NCBI GenBank assembly: GCA_903887275.1
Contig: CAISPD010000179.1
Coordinates: 16,912 to 80,911, forward strand
DNA from: an uncultured Mucilaginibacter sp.
GTDB lineage: Bacteria; Bacteroidota; Bacteroidia; Sphingobacteriales; Sphingobacteriaceae
Direction: 5' to 3'
Length of the DNA stretch: 64,000 bases
Each line of letters opens with the position of its first letter. Within the stretch, counting starts at the first letter, position 1. Shown here piece by piece: positions 58,697-64,000 of the stretch. The notes beneath the pieces were generated by a model, which was not told the DNA's origin, made no database searches, and saw only the letters and a program-made list of their open reading frames with translations. Position numbers and translations under genes: made by a program.

Positions 58697-60103
58697 TTAT
58701 TTTTGTTTGAACTCAACGCGACGGTTTAATACACGTCCTTCTTCAGTTGAGTTATCAGCAATTGGATGAGTTTCACCGAATGCTTTTACTTTCAAACGTT
58801 TTGCGTCAACACCAGAGTTAACCAGGTAAGTTTTAACTGAGTTAGCACGGTCTTTAGATAAACGTAAGTTGTGAGCAGCAGTACCTTCAGATGAAGCGTA
58901 ACCATCTAATTCAAGTTTCTTAGCAGCATTTGAGCGCAGATCAGCTGAAGTAGCGTCCAAAGCTGGGTAAGATGAAGTTCTAAGAACTGAGCTATCAAAT
59001 TCAAACTGGATATTAGAGAAAGGTTTAGCAACCGGAACCAGGTCAGCTTTCTTAACAAATAATGAAGTATCGATCTTAGGGAAATTGATAGGGCAACCTG
59101 AGCCATCAACAACTGTTCCAGCCGGGGTGTTAGGACATTTGTCGAATTGATCAGCAACACCGTCACCGTCAGAATCTTTCTTCAAATCGTTGATCGAGTT
59201 TTCAACGTTTCCAACGCGGCCTTTAAGAGCCTCTACTTCCTGACGAAGAGCAGCATCATATAATTCATCATACAATAAAGCTACTGGGTTTACCCACTCC
59301 AAAGCAGGTTTTGATTTTGTACCGAAAGTATATTCTAAACCAGCATATGCATAAGAGAATTTGTTTTCTGCCGGGTATTTAGCATGAACGCCAGTAACAT
59401 TGAAGCCGTCAACAAAATTTTCGGTATAACCTAAATTCAGTGATAATGGATCGCTTAACCTGAATTTAACACCGGCGCCTACAGGAATGTAGAATTCTTT
59501 GGCGTAGGTAGCATCGTGGTTAGATCCTGCTTTGCCTTTGTAATCAAGTAATAGGTTTGCCTGAGCATTGTCAGTATAAATTTTTGGAGAATACCATAAT
59601 AAACCACCACCAGCAGTCAGGTAGAAGTTAACGGCATCCTTGCGATGTAGATAACTGATTGTTGCAACGTCGATAAGGCCGCTGAATGAAGCAGAAAGGA
59701 AAGGAGTTTTGAAACTTCCGGCAGCTAAACCATTGTTGATATCAGTAACGGTTGTGCTACCTGCATTACCTTCAATTGTTCCGCCATGGAAATCAAACTG
59801 AAGTCCGAATGAATGCGATAATTGATCTTTCACGCTAACGCCCCAACCGAAAGCTGGTTGAGCGTGATTAAATACGTTGACACCACCAGTTGCTACTAAA
59901 GGTGAGGTTAAACCTAAGTTTACGCCTACACTCCAGGTGCTGTATTGGCCCGCACCACCAAATACCTTGGGGGTAGCTGCTGAATCTGATTTGGATATGG
60001 CAGACGCTTTTTTACTGGAGTCAGATTGCGCATATACCATCCCAACAGCCAGCAGGGAAATTAATGTGAGGGCGACTGTTTTTTTTAATGTAGAATAGTT
60101 CAT
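58697..60103 (-). CDS. ompA: OmpA-family outer-membrane protein with thrombospondin type-3-like repeat
   Basis: Beta-barrel N-domain; DSDGDGVADQFDKCP; NLRLSKDRA..V, NRRVEF. Confidence 0.92.
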   Translation of the reverse strand: MNYSTLKKTVALTLISLLAVGMVYAQSDSSKKASAISKSDSAATPKVFGGAGQYSTWSVGVNLGLTSPLVATGGVNVFNHAQPAFGWGVSVKDQLSHSFGLQFDFHGGTIEGNAGSTTVTDINNGLAAGSFKTPFLSASFSGLIDVATISYLHRKDAVNFYLTAGGGLLWYSPKIYTDNAQANLLLDYKGKAGSNHDATYAKEFYIPVGAGVKFRLSDPLSLNLGYTENFVDGFNVTGVHAKYPAENKFSYAYAGLEYTFGTKSKPALEWVNPVALLYDELYDAALRQEVEALKGRVGNVENSINDLKKDSDGDGVADQFDKCPNTPAGTVVDGSGCPINFPKIDTSLFVKKADLVPVAKPFSNIQFEFDSSVLRTSSYPALDATSADLRSNAAKKLELDGYASSEGTAAHNLRLSKDRANSVKTYLVNSGVDAKRLKVKAFGETHPIADNSTEEGRVLNRRVEFKQK

Positions 60104-60140
60104 AGTTTTAAGATTAACAATTTAATTGTGATTTTTTTTC

Positions 60141-60178
60141 CAAAAATAGTAATTATGTTTGGATTGATTACCAAACAT
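60141..60178 (-). promoter_or_regulatory. ompA promoter (-7 TATTTTTG) with perfect 8-8-8 inverted repeat ATGTTTGG/CCAAACAT
   Basis: IR at 60155-60178 over the -33 region. Confidence 0.45.
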
Positions 60179-60253
60179 TGTTCCAAAATTTACTTTAGAT
60201 AATACAAATAAATGAAAAAAATTGTTTTGGAAAAATAAATAACCTACTATTTC

Positions 60254-61543
60254 ATGAAATATCTGCCAATTCAAAATATTTTATTTACTAATAATAGAAA
60301 AAATTTCTCAGAACGAATAATTGCTAATTCTCTGGCTATCTTTCATTCAAATGATGAATTCCCCAGAAATGGAGACCAAACCTTCCCATTTAAGCAAAAT
60401 GCCGATTTTTTCTACCTGACCGGAATTGATCAGGAGCAAAGTGTACTTATTTTGTATCCAGACTGTCCTAATCCTTTGTACAGAGAAGTACTTTTTTTAA
60501 GACAGACGGATGAACATATTGCAGTGTGGGAAGGACACAAGTACACCAAAGAAGAAGCAAAACAAGCATCCGGGATACAAAGCATTTACTGGTTACAGGA
60601 TTTTGATGCCATTTTGCATAGTATCATCAATTACGCCGATAATATCTATATCAATACCAACGAAAACGACCGTTACAGTTACCAGGTACCTTATCGTGAT
60701 GTGCGGATGTTCGAGCAATTGCGCAACCGGTATCCCTTGCATCATTTTGAAAGGTCGGCCGTTATTCTTCGCGACCTGCGCGCGGTTAAATCGGATATTG
60801 AGATTGAACTTACCCGCAAAGCTTGTGAAATAACGAGGGATGGATTTGTAAGGGTTTTGAAATTTGTAAAACCTGGCGTTGCTGAATATGAGGTTGAAGC
60901 TGAATTCTCGCATGAGTTTTTAAGGCAAAGGGCTACTGGTCATGCATATAATCCAATTATTGCTTCGGGTGCCAATGCTAATGTTTTGCACTATATCGAC
61001 AATAATCAGTTGTGTAAAGACGGAGACATGCTGCTTTTGGATGTTGGTGCCGAATATGCCAATTACAATGCGGATATGACCCGGACCATCCCTGTCAACG
61101 GTAGATTTAGTAAGCGACAGCGCGACGTTTATGAAGCGGTGCTCCGGGTTATGCGGGCAGCTGCTAACCTGATAGGTCCGGGTGTTATTTTATCAGAATA
61201 TCAGGAGGAAGTAGGCAAAGTAATGACCGGCGAGCTCATTGGTTTAAAACTGTTGGAAAAGCATGCCGTGGAAAAGCAGGATCCTAAAATGCCATTGTAT
61301 AAAAAGTATTTTATGCATGGTACATCGCACCATTTAGGTTTGGATGTGCACGATTTTGCTAACCGCTATAAGGCCTTTGAAGTTGGGAATATACTTACCT
61401 GCGAACCAGGTATTTACATTCCTGAAGAGGGTTTTGGCATAAGACTCGAAAACGATATTCTGATCACTGAAAATGGCAACGTAGATCTGATGGCAGATAT
61501 CCCGCTGGAGGCGGATCATATCGAGGATATCATGAATAGTTGA
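60254..61543 (+). CDS. pepP: Xaa-Pro aminopeptidase (M24B)
   Basis: FKQNADFFYLTGI, LHY, DMTRT, HHLGLDVHD, EPGIY, IRLEND. Confidence 0.93.
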   Translation: MKYLPIQNILFTNNRKNFSERIIANSLAIFHSNDEFPRNGDQTFPFKQNADFFYLTGIDQEQSVLILYPDCPNPLYREVLFLRQTDEHIAVWEGHKYTKEEAKQASGIQSIYWLQDFDAILHSIINYADNIYINTNENDRYSYQVPYRDVRMFEQLRNRYPLHHFERSAVILRDLRAVKSDIEIELTRKACEITRDGFVRVLKFVKPGVAEYEVEAEFSHEFLRQRATGHAYNPIIASGANANVLHYIDNNQLCKDGDMLLLDVGAEYANYNADMTRTIPVNGRFSKRQRDVYEAVLRVMRAAANLIGPGVILSEYQEEVGKVMTGELIGLKLLEKHAVEKQDPKMPLYKKYFMHGTSHHLGLDVHDFANRYKAFEVGNILTCEPGIYIPEEGFGIRLENDILITENGNVDLMADIPLEADHIEDIMNS

Positions 61544-61596
61544 GCGTGCAGTTATTGAATTTTTCAATTTCAGCGCAGCTGCAATTATTATTATTA

Positions 61597-62493
61597 TTAT
61601 TGGCTCAGTTTGTCGAGTGTTTGATCAACAAAACCATAAAGATTGAAAGAGTCATCAGCAATTGCTGATTTGATAGAAACTAACAAGGCAACTTTGTCAA
61701 CGCCGATCATTCGTTTTTGCTGTATTAACTTATACGCCTTTTCAGCTAACAACATTGATCTCCGATCATTTTTTTGCTCAGGATGCGATATTATAAAATC
61801 CATCACTTCTGTAATGCCATTGCCCTGCGAAGCAATAGTTTTGAAAACTGGTATCTCCACTTCTTTTTGCTGTACCATCTTTTTCAGATTATTGGCGAAA
61901 AGATCCGCTCCTTCCCGGTCGGCTTTGTTCACAATAAACGCATCAGCGATTTCCATTAATCCGGATTTAATGTGCTGTATCTCGTCGCCACCCTCGGGTA
62001 CCAGAACAACCATTGTAATATCGGCCAGGCCTGCAATTTCTATTTCCGACTGGCCAACGCCTACAGTCTCTACCAAAACATAATCAAAGCCTGAGGCGCG
62101 TAATACATCGGTCATTTCAATTGTCTTCGCCGATAGTCCTCCCAAAGACCCACGTGTTGCAAGTGAGCGGATAAAAACATCAGGGTGGTTAAAATGACCG
62201 GCCATGCGTATCCTGTCGCCCAGCAACGAGCCAAAGTTGAAAGGTGAAGTTGGGTCGATAGCTAACACAGCAACCTTACTGCCTTTACCTGTGAATGCTG
62301 AAATGATATCGTTTACGAGGGTGCTTTTGCCCGCCCCGGGAGGGCCTGTAATGCCGATAACCGGCACGTTTTTTGGAAACTGTAAAGACCGCAGCATCTC
62401 TTCTGACCCTTTCAGGTCGTTCTCAACAAGTGTGAGTTTTCGGGCAATTGCCCGAAAATCGATGTCGTGTAAATTATGCCTGGGAGCTGTCAT
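61597..62493 (-). CDS. meaB: MeaB/ArgK methylmalonyl-CoA mutase-associated GTPase
   Basis: GPPGAGKST, LLGDRIRM, ETVGVGQSE, NKAD. Confidence 0.93.
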   Translation of the reverse strand: MTAPRHNLHDIDFRAIARKLTLVENDLKGSEEMLRSLQFPKNVPVIGITGPPGAGKSTLVNDIISAFTGKGSKVAVLAIDPTSPFNFGSLLGDRIRMAGHFNHPDVFIRSLATRGSLGGLSAKTIEMTDVLRASGFDYVLVETVGVGQSEIEIAGLADITMVVLVPEGGDEIQHIKSGLMEIADAFIVNKADREGADLFANNLKKMVQQKEVEIPVFKTIASQGNGITEVMDFIISHPEQKNDRRSMLLAEKAYKLIQQKRMIGVDKVALLVSIKSAIADDSFNLYGFVDQTLDKLSQ

Positions 62494-62629
62494 GTTTACC
62501 GGGGACTAAAGTAACAAAAAATAAAGCAGCTAAAGATGAATCCAGCTTTCAGTCGCGATGGTTCAACCACCAAAACTCAAAACAGGAAAGCTATATTTGC
62601 GAAGTTTTTTTGAGAATTTGATTATGCCT

Positions 62630-63511
62630 ATGAAGGTAGCTGGTTTTACATTTATACGGAACGCTGTAAGAAACGACTACCCAATAGTTGAGGCCATCAC
62701 TTCTATTTTGCCTTTGTGCGATGAGTTTGTGGTAGCATTGGGTAATTCGGATGATAGCACTGATCAACTGATCGAGGGGATAAACTCACCAAAGATCAGG
62801 ATCATCAGGACCGTTTGGGATGAAAGTCTTCGTGAGGGTGGGTCTGTTTTCGCTAAAGAGACGGATAAAGCCTTTGAAGCAATATCAGCTGATGCCGACT
62901 GGGCCTTTTACATTCAGGGGGATGAATGTGTACATGAAAAATACCTGCCCCTGATCAGAAAGGAAATGGAAGATAATATGAACGACGAGCACATTGAGGG
63001 CCTGTTGTTCAAATACATTCATTTTTACGGATCGTATGATTATTATGGTCATTCGCGGCGCTGGTACAGGCGCGAGATCAGGATTTTACGAAATAAAAAA
63101 GGGGTTCATTCTTACCGGGATGCCCAGGGCTTCAGGATCGATGGGCGCAAGATCAATGTTAAACTCATCGACGCTTATATTTACCATTATGGCTGGGTAA
63201 AACCACCTTCCGGACTAAAAAATAAGTTGCTCAATTTCAACCAGTTTTATCATGATGATGCCTGGATAAACCAAAATTTGCCAGAGACATTTGAGTTTGA
63301 TTATAAAAATGCGGATCGGCTCTTGCTTTTCACCGATTCGCACCCTGAGGTTATGCAAAAACGTATTGAGTCAACCAACTGGAAGCTTAATATTGATTTA
63401 GGCAATCTGGCAAAAAAAATGACGCTAAGAAGGCGTATCCTGCAAAAAATTGAAGATATAACGGGCTGGCGCGTAGCGGAATACCGGAATTATAAGATCG
63501 TAAAAAAATAG
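62630..63511 (+). CDS. GT2-like glycosyltransferase
   Basis: MKVAGFTFIRNA, YIQGDE, YHYGWVK; -7 TATATTTG 62592-62599; start could be 62624. Confidence 0.8.
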   Translation: MKVAGFTFIRNAVRNDYPIVEAITSILPLCDEFVVALGNSDDSTDQLIEGINSPKIRIIRTVWDESLREGGSVFAKETDKAFEAISADADWAFYIQGDECVHEKYLPLIRKEMEDNMNDEHIEGLLFKYIHFYGSYDYYGHSRRWYRREIRILRNKKGVHSYRDAQGFRIDGRKINVKLIDAYIYHYGWVKPPSGLKNKLLNFNQFYHDDAWINQNLPETFEFDYKNADRLLLFTDSHPEVMQKRIESTNWKLNIDLGNLAKKMTLRRRILQKIEDITGWRVAEYRNYKIVKK

Positions 63512-63514
63512 TCT

Positions 63515-64000
63515 TTGAATAAGAAAAGTATATCAGTCGTTATTCCGAATTACAACGGTAAACACCTGCTCGAAACTTATTTGCCCTTCACCTTTGCAGC
63601 ACTTGCCGAAGCAAATGTGTCGTATGAAGTGATCCTAGTGGATGATGGCTCAAAAGATGACTCCGTTGAGTTTATCAGGATGCGATACCCGGATGTCATA
63701 CTTATCAGCAATCCCGAAAACCGGGGCTTTTCATATACCTGTAATACAGGCATCGCTGCGGCGCATTACGAGTTGATCTTTTTACTGAATTCTGATGTAA
63801 AACTTGAGCCGGGCTACTTCGACCGTCAGTGGAAATATTTTGAAACCGATGATACCTTTGGTGTGATGGGTCGAATTATTGATATGGAGGGTGAACGAAT
63901 TCAGGATGCTGCCCGTATGCCCAAATTCAATGGTTTTAAACTGAAAACCGACTATTTCTTTTACAAGGAAACGCCGGGCGACTGGCTGTACACCTTTTAC
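63515..64000 (+). CDS. GT2 glycosyltransferase, 5' part (runs off window)
   Basis: TTG start; SVVIPNYNG, VDDGSKD, NRGFS..CN.G, LLNSDV; not in the ORF track. Confidence 0.88.
   Translation, partial: MNKKSISVVIPNYNGKHLLETYLPFTFAALAEANVSYEVILVDDGSKDDSVEFIRMRYPDVILISNPENRGFSYTCNTGIAAAHYELIFLLNSDVKLEPGYFDRQWKYFETDDTFGVMGRIIDMEGERIQDAARMPKFNGFKLKTDYFFYKETPGDWLYTFY

Noticed and set aside
341-63200. Numerous short track ORFs antisense or out of frame within long genes
   Set aside because: Shadow ORFs fully overlapping well-supported CDS, no motifs

Overview
64 kb of chromosomal backbone from a Bacteroidota genome. The gene set and the many TAnnTTTG (-7) promoter elements suggest Sphingobacteriaceae, Mucilaginibacter-like (inference). 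About 60 CDS: housekeeping genes (class II RNR nrdJ, pyk, acpP-fabF-rnc, yicC-gmk-nadD, miaE, rplM-rpsI-rpsB-tsf, nagA, pyrH, frr, recG, ridA, ompA, pepP, meaB, GT2s) and several signalling modules (vWA/ECF sigma/anti-sigma; orphan PhoR-like kinase; RprX/RprY-like two-component system; BlaI/M56-TonB). No rRNA, tRNA, CRISPR, prophage or intact IS was seen. The interesting signal is mostly non-coding or below the ORF-track cut-off: (1) a promoter- and terminator-bounded ~120-nt sRNA candidate at the window start whose open region is antisense to a start-codon-like context; (2) a co-oriented Mg2+/phosphate cluster (Fur-like - mgtA - porin - yceI - phoR-like - DUF47 - pit) with a palindromic operator candidate written into the last codons of the Fur-like gene, a 16-aa uORF in the mgtA leader, and a shared Pho-box-like 21-mer ahead of the porin and DUF47-pit; (3) a 30-aa single-TM ORF divergent from rprXY; (4) DnaA boxes at the nrdJ promoter; (5) single-base frameshifts in yceI and nrdJ (real or assembly error); (6) an IS3-family remnant plus REP-like palindromes; (7) a family of strand-polarised 7/8/9-nt periodic intergenic repeats. 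Protein calls come from motif recognition by eye; no database search was run.
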